Assembly (NCBI RefSeq): GCF_001194135.2
Contig: NC_068981.1
Location: 166,831,549 to 166,895,548 of the forward strand
DNA length: 64,000 nt
DNA from: Octopus bimaculoides
Taxonomy: Eukaryota
Direction: 5' to 3'
Positions 52,560 to 64,000 of this stretch are shown here, in pieces; the stretch's first letter is position 1; every line of letters starts with the position of its first letter. The notes beneath the pieces were generated by a model. It was not told the DNA's origin, searched no databases, and saw only the letters and a list, made by a program, of their open reading frames with translations. The position numbers and the translations under genes were made by a program.

Positions 52560-53520
52560 ATTTATAATAAAATGAAAAGGAATAAACAAAATAATATAGT
52601 TATGACATATTTTTGTCATGAAACTGCCCAAAGCACCCTTTACACAAGGGCACTTTCCAAAAGGAATACACATATATGAAGTCTCAATCTGATCCCCTTT
52701 TGCAGTTTTTCTTTTTTTGCAGCGAACACAGTCTGCAAACTTTTTTTCTTCCATTTATTTTTTCGACTTTATGAAAATCAATATTTTCTCTGTTGATATC
52801 CACCTCAGTTAATTTTGCAATTTCTCCCAGTTCTGTGCTTTCTAGAAGAAAAGCCCTTATGTAATTGAGATGTGATGTCAACTCGAAATTTCAAATGGTC
52901 ATAGTCTTTTGGTGGCAGAGGTACCTTGTGGCTTTTTACATATACAATATATGAATTTACTACAGTTAAATTAACTAAAAACCACAAAATGTATCTCCAC
53001 CATTTCTTCTTAGGTCGACCAACTGTGTAATATGCCCGATATTGGTCAGATTTATCAACCCCACCCATATATTTGTTATAACAAATATTCACTAGGGGTT
53101 TCCCCTCAGCACCAACACTAGGTTGTTCATTAGAAGACAGGAATAAAATCTGTTTTGTCTTTGAAAGCAGTAGCTAATAAATTTTCTTGTTGCAAGTGTA
53201 AAATGTCCCTTCTTTTTTTAAATTTTGTTTTCGTTTCATGGGATAAACCTTTACGGTTTCCCATAACAGTACTGCACATGTAAGTTCTTACAAGGGAAAG
53301 ATTTTCTGCTAAAACCTGATTCACAAACTTCCCATACCTTGATCTGCCATTTAGTAGGTTTGGCAGGTATGTAGTGCCGAAAATGTACTCTGCCCTTATA
53401 GCCTATCATGGCTTCATCTACACTGAGATTTTCCCCAGGTAGATACAGTTATATATTTATTAAAGAGTAAATCAATTACAGGACATACTTTGTGCAGGGG
53501 ATCGTAGTTCAATACAATTT
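52560..53520 (-). mobile_element. Decayed piggyBac transposon (DDE_Tnp_1_7 + C-terminal Cys-rich domain)
   Basis: DPLHKVCP...ENLSVDEAMIGYKGRVHFRHYIPAKPTKW; YNKYMGGVDKSDQYRAYY...KWWRYILWFLVNLTVVNSY; CVRC...ETSYMC; frameshifts and internal deletions. Confidence 0.92.
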
Positions 53521-54187
53521 CTCTGGAGAAAAATTATAAAATCTTTTTTATAAAAAAATTCCAGGAATATAAAAGTCCATGAGGAATATATTCAAACAAA
53601 CTGAGAAAGTTTTTTGGGAAAATGTACAATTCTACCACTTCTAGTTTTCTTTTCGCTGGTAGGTGATTTTAAAATTGACTTGTGGATCTTTTCCTCAACC
53701 TTACATACATACTTACACATAAGCATACACACACATCATCATACATGAAAATATATACATATGCATATGCCCCCCCACCACACAGTGAGACATTTAGACA
53801 TTGATGTAGATATATAAACAATTATATGCATAGAATATCAGATGTTTATTGACATATACACACCTACTCCTTGTGCATATAAGCAATGTCTATACACAAA
53901 TATATCAACAAAATATTTAGATACAAAGCATTTATGAAATGTGTCAGGAATACATAAAAACATAAATGATGCAGTATTCTATAAACAAAAACACTATAAA
54001 GCAAATGATATATAGACATCCTAAAAGTAACATGTTAATAAAATTAATACAAAACCCTACAATACAATATAACGGAAACATCAAAGTGCAGATGAATATT
54101 TAGTAATAATCAATATATGATCAAATGAAATCACTAAGATATATAAGAATAATCAATTACATCACCATAGGTATAATAAGTTGAGTA

Positions 54188-54189
<2 letters not shown>

Positions 54190-54240
<51 letters not shown>

Positions 54241-54290
54241 GTGTGTGTGTATACATATATATATATATATATATATATGTATATCTATAT
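54190..54290. repeat. (GT)n + (TA)n microsatellite
   Basis: Direct reading. Confidence 0.95.
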
Positions 54291-54344
54291 AGGTGTGTGT
54301 ATACACACTCACATGCATACACATGCATGAAGTCATATCCAATG

Positions 54345-55230
54345 ATTGGTGTAGCAGCATCATAGTCATCTGCTACAAAGGCAAAAGTGACACTTTGGAC
54401 AGGAATAATTACAGAAGCATCAAACTGCTGGACCAGGCAATGAAAGTCACGGAGAGGGTCCTAACCCAATTAATTAGGGAGAGAATTAGCATAGATGAGA
54501 TGCCATTTGGATTTGTGCCAGGTAGAAGCACAACTGATGCTGTATTCATAGTTAGGTAACTGCAGGAGAAATATCTAGCCAAAAATAAGCCCCTGTACCT
54601 GACTTTTGTCGAAATGGTGAAAGCCATGGACAGTCCCTGCTCCATTATCTAGTGGTCAATGCAGAAGCTAGGGATAGTTGAGTGGTTGGTGAGAGCTGTA
54701 CAAGCCATGTACGGGGATGCTGTCAGTAAGGTGAAGGTTAGCAATGAGTATAACGAGGAATTCAGGGTACAAGTAGAGGTTCACCAAAGATCAGTTCTCA
54801 GCACACTCTTGTTCATCAATGTCCTCTGAGCAATAACAAAGGAATTTAAGACAGGTTACCCATAGGAACTCCTCTACACTGATGACCTTATACTTATAGC
54901 CAAATCACTACCTGAACCAGATTAGAAATTTCAGGCATGGCGGCAAGGTCTAAAATCAAAGGACCTTAGAGTTAATCTAGCAAAAACTAAAGTCTTAGTA
55001 AGTAGGAGAGTAGGCAAATCACAAATTCCTTCAGGTAGATGACCCTGCTCGATCTGTAGGAAAAGTGTTGGTAGAAACTCCATAAGATGTACTTGGTGCA
55101 AGCTATGGACACATAAGGGGTGCAGCAATATCAGAGGATGGTTAACTGGGAAAATAGTTTGTGTGTGTGGAAGGTGCACAGGTACAATAAACACTGAAAA
55201 TGTACAGAAAATAGCCCACCACTGCAAAAA
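54345..55230 (+). mobile_element. Decayed RTE-clade LINE, reverse transcriptase region
   Basis: CYKGKSD..RNNYRSIKLL, QFGF-like PFGFVPGRSTTDA, VHQRSVLS.LLF, ELLYTDDL, GLRVNLAKTK-type motifs with in-frame stops. Confidence 0.9.
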
Positions 55231-55466
55231 TGATGTTCTAAAAGCATTGTTTATACTTTGTCAGGTATTTGCCATATCTCATTCTCTTAACTCTCAGCCC
55301 TCAATCACTCCCATATCCATGGCACTACTTTCCAAAGTGGTTGGCATTAGGAAGGGCATCCAGTTGTAGAAATCATGCCAATGGTAATACTAGAACTTGC
55401 AGCTTGCTGGATCCTATCAAACTTTCCAATCCATGCCAACATGGGAAAGAGACATTAAATGATGAT

Positions 55467-55677
55467 TTGAAGTCTCTAGACATAGTCAGAACAGTACTGG
55501 AGGGGTATTTTTCATCACGGACAAGTGAATTTTGGAAGAGGGGCTTTGCAAGTCTACCAGATAGATGGAAGAGCATTGTAGAAAATGGAGAGTATATTTT
55601 AGATTAAAAAAGAACTTTATCCTAATTTTGAAAAATAAAAGCAATATGAAAAAAACACATTATTTATAGGATGACCC

Positions 55678-55680
<3 letters not shown>
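55467..55680 (+). mobile_element. mariner 3' remnant with terminal repeat
   Basis: YFSSRTSEFWKRGFASLPDRWKSIVENGEYILD*, then ...TTATTTATAGGATGACCCTATA terminal sequence. Confidence 0.65.
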
Positions 55681-55762
<82 letters not shown>

Positions 55763-55780
55763 GTATATATGTACATAGAT
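55679..55780. repeat. (TA)n microsatellite at the 3' end of the Penelope remnant
   Basis: Direct reading. Confidence 0.95.
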
Positions 55781-56690
55781 ATTTGCACTTCCATATACAT
55801 TTTACTCATGTCTACATGCACTTGTGTGTGTCTATATGTATTTACGCAAACATATACAAAGTTGGTAATGCTTGTTGTTTCTTGGTATGGTTGTGAAGAG
55901 ATCGTTGGATTTTCCAATGAATAATGTAGGGGATATTTTGGGACTTTGAGGACCATATATATTCAGAAAGTGAATTTTCTATTTGAGTTATAGAATGTAT
56001 GTATGTGTTGGTGGTATCTTGTTTTGAATTCAATAACAGTTAAACCTATTTTTGAAACAGAAGTTGGTGTTGTAGCATAAGTAATTAACACTGTGCCATA
56101 AATTGTTACTAATAAGGCAGTTTCTATTCTGAGGGCAGGATTAAGAAATGTTTCAATTACAATTCGTTGGGTTAGGTGTGAGATTTTGGTTTTCATATTT
56201 AGATAATTTAACTGATTGTAATTAGCAATAACTTTTCTGCAAAATTGCTTATAATCTAACATTATGTTTGTACCAAGTTAGTTGATACAGTTAGTTGGTC
56301 TTTGTGTAGGATATTGAAGCATAGGCTGTCTGTAGCTGTTGGGATTTGTAGGTTGATGGGTGGATTGAATAAAATTTTTTGTTTGATATTGTTGAGTTTT
56401 ATTTGTGTATTGAACTTTGTCACTGTACCTGCTATTATGAAGTGCTTCATTCTAAAGTGTTGCAATTTTCTTGAATACAGGTTTATTGGATAACAGAATC
56501 TTAAATGTTCTTAACTAGGTTTTTAATATATTGGGGCGGTTGAAAAATTTATGAATAAATTGGATTTTTCATTTTTTTATTTAAAAAAATTTTTTTAATA
56601 AGATTTATCTATGGTGGGTTCTGGGTTGATGTCTATGAAGTTAACTGCTTTAAGATGTATGGCAATTGTAATAGAGAATCCTAAGATTCT
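55780..56690 (-). mobile_element. Decayed Penelope-like retroelement (RT C-terminus + GIY-YIG endonuclease)
   Basis: Frameshifted pieces on -: AVNFIDIN..., KILFNPP, SKIGLTVIEFKTRYHQHIHTF, LSEYIWSSK...YIIHWKI. These are recognisable Penelope RT-thumb, linker and GIY-YIG motifs. The element ends in a (TA)n tract. Confidence 0.8.
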
Positions 56691-57914
56691 CTCTCTCGTC
56701 CTTCCCATCTCTACTGGATCATTGTTTCAATTTTGCTGTTTTTCACCCTCCCCACTTTTTTGCACTACCAGTCCTCTCTTACCTGCCCTAATTTGTGTCA
56801 TTGTTCATACCTTATTCACTATTTACTACAGCCATCCCTCACTCATGTCCTATTTTTGCAGTTTTCATCTGCTCTTTCTTTCTTATCCATCAATGCTTAA
56901 TTTCCATAGTATTTCACCTTCTCATTCATTTGTATTTCTAACCATCTCTCACTCTTCTATATGCTTCTGCAACTCCTACCCACCCTCCCTCCCTGTTATG
57001 TCCTTACCTACCTTGTATCAAGGGGATCCACCTTGACACTGCTTCACCATTATTTTTATCTTCTCTGCTCCACCTTGACTACTCTCATTCTTTCTTCTAT
57101 AATGTGTGTAGCTATGTAGCTCTTCTACACTAAGAAACTTGTTCTGCTCTGGCCTTTTCTTTCATACTCTGACCTCTTACCTAACATAAAGCCACCTCTC
57201 CTTCTTGACTGTTGCTCCACTCAGACAAAGGAGATCTTAGTCTTGCAAGCTGCATGATGACTTCACTAGTGCTGGTGCCATGAAAGAAACACTTAGTACA
57301 TGCTTAAAGTGGTTACTGTTTGGAAGGGCATCCTGCCATAGAAACCATGCTAAAGCAAACATTGGAGTATGATGCCGTCTTCAGATTTGCTAGATCCTGT
57401 CAAACTATCCAAGCCTTGCCAACATGGATATGTAATGATGATGTTAATCGTAACTCTGATCCAAAATTGATGAATTTAAAGCTTGTTCTATTTACGTCAA
57501 GATTTGAAAAATACAAAAAGAAAAAAAAATTTAATAGCATTCTTATAATAATCTGTTATAAAATTTCATACTACCATCAATTATCTACTTATACATTATT
57601 TCTATGTAATATAATTATTGCATTTATAATTATTTACTTTCCAAAAAGTTTGTTCTGTGATGTATGCAAATTTTTTTAATTAATACATTTCCTAATCTAA
57701 AATATAAATGATAACCAATTCATTCAATTGAGTTGCATCAAATTTTATTAACAAGGTGTTAAGATATTTGAATTTACATTTTTTTTTTACATCAGTACAT
57801 TCTTAGTATTGTTTTCATTTGTATAGACAATTTGATTCATTTGAAAATACATAAAAAAAGATTATTTTAAAAATTGGCTATCTTTTTTTAATTTTTATAA
57901 TTCTATCTTTTCAG

Positions 57915-58004
57915 CAACCACTCCATGGTTTGAGGCATATCGGGAATGTTTTCTTCATTTACTGCCGCCATCTGATCATGAATTCCTGAACCATTCTATT
58001 GCAT
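57915..58004 (+). CDS. TRAPPC8: TRAPPC8 coding exon 3 (90 nt, phase 1-1)
   Basis: Acceptor tctttttcag-like pyrimidine tract ending tttcag|C; ATTPWFEAYRECFLHLLPPSDHEFLNHSIA(C), the family TPWF..YRE..L...P.SDHEFLNH motif; donor T|gtatcctt (U12-type). Confidence 0.95.
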
Positions 58005-60086
58005 GTATCCTTAAAATACTACATTGTCATCTTTTTAATATATTAGTATCTTTGTTGAAGAAAGATGTTTTATTTTAGGGGATTAGAAAGAAAGTGCTAA
58101 AAGTTTTGGAGTATTCTTTTGTATTGAAATTGTTTGGCTTAAATTTCATCTTGGGGAAAATGACTTTGACATTTGAGATATAGCTTTAACCTGTTTCAGT
58201 CAGTGAACTGTGACTGTCCAGGAGCAGCTCCTTGAAGGGTTTTAGTTAAACAAATCAACCCCAGTATTTAATTTTTTTAGTCTGGTATTTATTCTATCAG
58301 TCTCTTTTGCGAAACTGCTAAATTATGAGGACATTAACAAACACCAGTTGTCAGTCAGTGAGTGGGGCAACAAACACACACATGCACACACACGATATAT
58401 CATTATTGTTTAATGCTCACCTTCCATGCTGACATGGGTTGGAAGGTTTGACAGGAGCTGGCCAAGCAGGGGCCTGCACCAGACTTCTGTGTTTTTATGG
58501 CTGTACACACACACACACACACACAACTGGCTTCCACACACTTTCTGTCTATGAAATTCACTTACAAGATATTGGTCTGGGCTATAATAGAAGCCACTTG
58601 CCCAAGGTGCTACACAGTGGAAATGAACCGAATGCCACATGATTGGATTCAAGCTTTTTAACCATGCAACCATCATCCCTCTAGATATTTAACACATTAA
58701 AATTTTTTATTTTGAAATTCATTTAAACTTTTCTTCTTGTTGAGATTTTTTATCAATAAGATAAGCAATAGTACTTATATAGGATCACTGATATCATAAA
58801 ATCATGTTTGTTTCTATGAGAAATTGCTATAAAAAAAACAGACTGCTTTAGAGATATTTGAATATTTATAAATAATCATTTATTTGGATATTTATAAATA
58901 TCTATTTCTATAAATGGAAATAGACTTTCAAAGGTAAGCTGAACATGCACATGAGTATTTTGGGAATTGTTACATTTTCTAATCAAGTTATGTGAAAAAT
59001 TTATTCTGATAAATGAATTTAAAAATTATATATTTTTTGAACGTTGTTTTTGTTCTTCAGTTGAATAATTTACAATTATATTTTTATAAGTACTGTTATT
59101 GAACATTATGATCATCAGTTTGAGGCAGAAAATAACAATAGATTCACTGACAGTCTGTGAGACTATTGGTCTTTTTTGTTTTAAACCTTTTACATTATAA
59201 TCTTAGCAGTTAATTCATAAGCCAGTGATAGTGTTGACACTGTGGTTGTGTATTGGTGCAGGTGTGGCTGTGTGATTAAGAAGTTTGCTTCCCTACCATA
59301 TGCTCTTGGGTTCAGTCCCACTGTATGGCACCTTTACAAGTGTTTTCTTCTATAGCTCCAGGCCAATCAAAGTCCTATGAGTGAATTTTGACTGGAGAGT
59401 GTATGAGTTAAACTAGTAGAAGAGAGAAAACTAAAGTAATATAGATTATGCTATGCTGAAGAATGGGAAGCTGTTCTTGATTATTTCAACATGGAAGGCA
59501 ACAGATACCAACATGAATGAGCTTAAGGTTCAGTGTTTTTTATGTTGCCAGATCAGTGCTTGACTGCTTTTTCCCTCCAGCGAAACTGAATCTCCTGAAA
59601 GTTTTTATCAAAAAAGCTAATTCATTGAGATTGTCCATATCACCAATTTGTTATATATTTGTAGATTTTATTTAATAGTAACATTTATTGAATCTCAGAA
59701 TTTGGCTATTTTAATAAAGCTAAATTGATTGAAGCAGAAAACCAGAAATGTTTGTCCTTAATCAGTTATAACTGAAGTGTATGTACAGTGACATACTTAT
59801 ATTTTAACTAGTCAATGGGAAGATATATTAAACATTAGCATTAGTAAAATAAAAATGATTTCCTACTTAAGTGGGAGGACCTACATTCATACCAGAAGGG
59901 AATGAGTGAAGTGTTCTTCTTTCTTGAGGATAGGGATAGTATAAAGAAATGAAAGAAAATGCATGACCAATATTGGCTTTACTGAAGTGTATATGTAAAA
60001 GATAAAAGAAATGGAGAGAATGATCTTTGTTTTTTGTTTTTTGTTTTTTTTTTGTGACTATTTATTTCTCCTTAACACCAATCTAG
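58005..60086 (+). other. U12-type (minor spliceosome) GT-AG intron, TRAPPC8 intron 3
   Basis: Donor GTATCCTT (58005-58012); branch site TCCTTAAC (60069-60076) with the branch A 11 nt before the 3' splice junction; no polypyrimidine tract between branch site and AG. Confidence 0.9.
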
Positions 60087-60261
60087 GTATGTTTGTTGTG
60101 TCTTCTGGTCACACAGATCCAGTAGGTGTCTTCAATACTTTGTCACAACAACAGAGCCAACAGCATAATCAATTTCCTAACAAACTGCCTAAATGGTTTT
60201 GTCCAAATATTCTAAAGTACTATGTGTTATTACATGATGTTGTGGAAGGAGAACAAGCAAA
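60087..60261 (+). CDS. TRAPPC8: TRAPPC8 coding exon 4 (175 nt, phase 1-2)
   Basis: Acceptor tccttaacaccaatctag|GT; (C)MFVVSSGHTDPVGVFNTLSQQQSQQHNQFPNKLPKWFCPNILKYYVLLHDVVEGEQA(K), with the family PKWF.PN.LKYYVLLHDV motif; donor AA|gtgagt. Confidence 0.95.
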
Positions 60262-62164
60262 GTGAGTATCCTCTCAATTTGTTTTTTTATCTATTGTGTG
60301 TGGAAAGAAGAGCTGTTAGGTAGGCATGTGGGAACATCTCATTTGAGAAATCTAATATAGAAATGTTAATCTTATTGTAAGACCACTTGGATTCATGGTA
60401 CTTGTACTTAACTAGTTTCATTAATGACAAGGAGATGAGAAATATTCTCTTGGATATAATGCTATTCTATCACATGTAGCTTTCCCAGTGAACTTTCTCC
60501 ATCTAGGTAAGCTAGATGAATTGTTTTCCTGGACACATCAAAATATTTACAGTAGATATGAATTTATTTGTAAGTCAGTATGTTATTGTTTTATTCAGAT
60601 TTTCTAAATGTTTACAGCAGATTGGACTCTGCTAAGGACATCCAAAGACCAGATGGTAGTGTTAAATCAAATGACAGATTATGTTTACTACTCAAGAATA
60701 GGTTCAGTCCATTTGACAGGCTTTTGTGCAAATTCTGTGTACTCAACTTAACTCTCTAGGTTCGGGTCAACTTGGGGGCTATTGTAGAAGGCATTTGCCC
60801 TAATAAATCTTAATAATCTTTGGAAGCCAAAAGCATCTAAAAGCAAGGTGTATCAAAATTAAGATTGTCGATTATATTCATTTAACATCTCTTTTTCCAT
60901 GCTGGCATGGGTTGGACAGTTTGGCAGACAAGCTAGAGGGCTGTGCCAAGCTTTAGTGCCTGTTTTGGCATGGTTTGTACAGCTTCCTAATGTCAACCAC
61001 TTCTGTGTACTGGGTGCATTTTTGGTAGTACCAACACTGGTGAGGTCACCAAGAGCCTGCTAGACCTCACCTGAGTGGAGTATAGTATTGAGGGAAAATG
61101 CTATAATCTGAAAAGAAGTTACCAATGGAGCAAGCTTTAAATTATGAACCGTGTTAGTGATGGTAGTGGTGGTGGTAGTTGTGGTTATAAATAGGCCATA
61201 AATGTCGGTGGGGGTTTGTTGATGATGGTAATAGTTGTCATGATGACAATTTCTTTCATAGGCACTAAATGATTAAATTAACCCTTGTACTTGACTGGTA
61301 CTTTATTTTATCACTCCTAGAAGGATGAAAAGTAAAGTTGATCTCGGCAGGATTTAAACTCAAAATATAAAGAGACAGAAGAAATACTGCTAGGCATATT
61401 ATCTGATATTTTAGCAGCTTCACAAATCTATCATCATTGATGGTAAAACTTGCATTATCTCTGTCATATTACTTGAACTGATCTTTGGATTTTCTTATGA
61501 ACTATTCCTGGAGTAACATCTGTTAGCATTTTCTAGATCTTTAGACCTCAGAAAAATACAGTTAATATTCATGCTGCCAGAATATGATGGTATTGCAAGT
61601 GATAGATATCAACTGGCTCATTTTAATATTATGATAATAAGATTATATTGTTTAAAAGATATTTGTACTGTGTGTTTGTGTATATCTGTGTATGTATGTG
61701 AACATACTTATTTTATCTTGCATTGTTTGCTCGAGATGTCAGGAATTAAAATATGTTGATAAATTATCCAACTGACAAATATTATTTGTTGTTGTTTTAT
61801 TGTTATAAGCTGAATCTATAGATTATGCTTTTGCAAACTTTGAATTTAATATTTACTGCCTAAACTTTAAAATCTGCTGTTAAACATTGTTTTCCTTTTT
61901 TTAATTTTCATAATTTTTTGTTGTATAAAATTTGAATTGATATCAATTTCTTCCTTTCTCTTTATTGTTGTTGTTGCTGCAAAATCAGTAGTTTTAGTTA
62001 TGCCTGAATCAGTTATTGATAAAATAACACCAGCAAAATACTCAAGTCTAATTAACTGTTTATAACATTAACCCTTGTTTTTTCTTATTTGCTTTGTTCC
62101 TTTGTTAGACTTCATTATCATCATTATTATTATTATTACCATTAATATTATTATTATCACAAAG

Positions 62165-62327
62165 GGCTGAGGCTGTCTACCAGAGCATGAAAACCACATT
62201 TGGTGCCCATCTATGCCATTTACTTCAAATAAATTCCCGTTCTGTGCAAACTGCAGAAACCTTCAAGAATGATCAAAATATGCCAGACCCATGGAGCCAA
62301 TTTTTACATCGGGCACCTGAATCAAAT
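62165..62327 (+). CDS. TRAPPC8: TRAPPC8 coding exon 5 (163 nt, phase 2-0); gene continues beyond the window
   Basis: Acceptor atcacaaag|G; (K)AEAVYQSMKTTFGAHLCHLLQINSRSVQTAETFKNDQNMPDPWSQFLHRAPESN, with family LL.INSR and PDPWSQ motifs; donor AAT|gtaagt. Confidence 0.92.
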
Positions 62328-64000
62328 GTAAGTGTTCATTGTTATTTTTTACCTTATAATTTAGAAGTTCAGAATAGGTTATTTTAAGACCTTGCTAAAA
62401 GAAAATTTAAAAGTTATTTAATACAGTGTTATTTAAAATTCTTGAAAAGTTTCTTAATGCATGTAGCAGAATATTTTGAAATTATATGTTCTCCTTTCAA
62501 GGATGAGTGTTTCTCTCAAAATTCTTCAAACTAATGAGTATTAGGTTTTTCTGAGTGAATATATCTCTGCTTAGTGAAGTTTTTGGATTTTTTTTCCTAT
62601 TAAGTGTGTGTTTGTGTATACATACAGACCTTTGTTACATTTTCACCAATATCCAAATAAATTTTAACATAGCACATCTGTTTGGCTGATGCTTTTTCAT
62701 TTCCAAGACAATTTTATGTACTTGTTTTTTATCTTCACCTTAAAATCACTCAGAGTAATAGATGGATGTTTTTAAAACCTTGTTTTTTTTTTATTTTTTA
62801 GTATATATATATTTATGAATGTGTATATGTTTATGCATACATAAATATACACTTAATCATTTTGAAATGTCCAAAAAGTTTTCTTTCTTAGGTAATAACC
62901 ATGTTATTTATATTGATAAAATTCTTATTACACTGCCATGGTTTAGGGAGTTTATAGATATGCAATTAGTAACATTTCTTATGTAATATAGGTATTTACA
63001 TTACATATATACTGACATTTATACAGTGAACAACAATAACATTAATATTATTAAAAAAATTCAGGACTGTTCTTTTCAAATGAGTTAGTGTATTTCAAAA
63101 TATTATTATTAGCTATGTCTTTAGAATATTAAACGTTTTTTTAAAAATGATAAATATAAGAACTACTGTAAATATTCATAAGAATGCTAAGTAGCTTAAT
63201 AATTCCTTAGCTTAAATGTAACCAAACAATAGTTACAGTTCCTGAAAATAATGAATACTATGTGATTTGAGAAAAGATTAAAAAAATTGCTAATTGTAGT
63301 ATAATTTATATACATTCTTAATTCTTCAGCTGAATTAAAATCTTCAGTTGAATTAAAATCTTCAGTTATAATGTTAAGTGCATAACCATTTTGAAGGGAA
63401 ACTGTATGTTCCAATACTAATCTTATAGGTTACTGAAATATGCACATAAAAATACATGCAGTGTGTGTGTATGTGCAATGTGGAGGATGCAGAGAGAATA
63501 ATTCTTTTTGTACATTATGCTGGACATGTTTTGTTCTGTTGGTGATTATATGACATGCTTTCTTAAAAGGGAAAGACAATAGTGAATTGTTCGAGTGAGT
63601 GAATGTAGCAATAGAAGATAATTGTTGTAGCTAGTTACAGATTCATCACCTACTTTCACCATGCTGAAATAGAGATGATTTGTCTTAGAAACAGGTTTGT
63701 TGTCAAAAATCATGTTCAAATTCAGAATAGTCTTCCAGTAGAAACCGAAAACTGTATGTCAAAAATGCATCCCTTGTATAAATATACATATACTAATATA
63801 TATAATTTTCAGCAGTTACCAGCTGATAATGTACTGAAACAATTTGAAATAAAGCCTGTCCATTCTATCTTGTATAAAAATTCTTAGACACACACACTCA
63901 CTCACGCACACATGCACATGCATGCACACTCTCACATACATACACGCACGCACACTCTCATGCTCACACATACACAGTTACACACACAGACATGCACGGA

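Noticed and set aside
63318-63367. 18-bp tandem repeat; also a 35-bp duplication at 781-848
   Set aside because: Ordinary local slippage duplications.

Overview
AT-rich, repeat-dense animal genomic DNA with five assembly gaps; the SINE families suggest an octopus/cephalopod (inference). The only gene I can identify is TRAPPC8 (TRAPPIII subunit, Trs85 homolog) on the + strand. Its first five coding exons are 27057-27213, 50580-50780, 57915-58004, 60087-60261 and 62165-62327, and the gene continues past the window. Intron 3 is a GT-AG U12-type (minor spliceosome) intron. A second, unidentified transcription unit probably starts at a CpG-rich promoter near 7 kb. The rest is SINEs and decayed RTE, R2/R4-like, Penelope, Tc1, mariner, piggyBac and hAT elements. 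The main unexplained signal is three different minimal type I hammerhead ribozyme motifs with self-complementary stem III (14688-14729 -, 15017-15079 -, 23801-23923 +). Two of them sit in adjacent, terminally redundant, apparently non-coding units (about 202 bp and 501 bp) joined by a (TA)n tract. This looks like a retrozyme / Penelope-dependent circular-RNA retroelement system. All folds and alignments were done by eye, and repeat boundaries are approximate.
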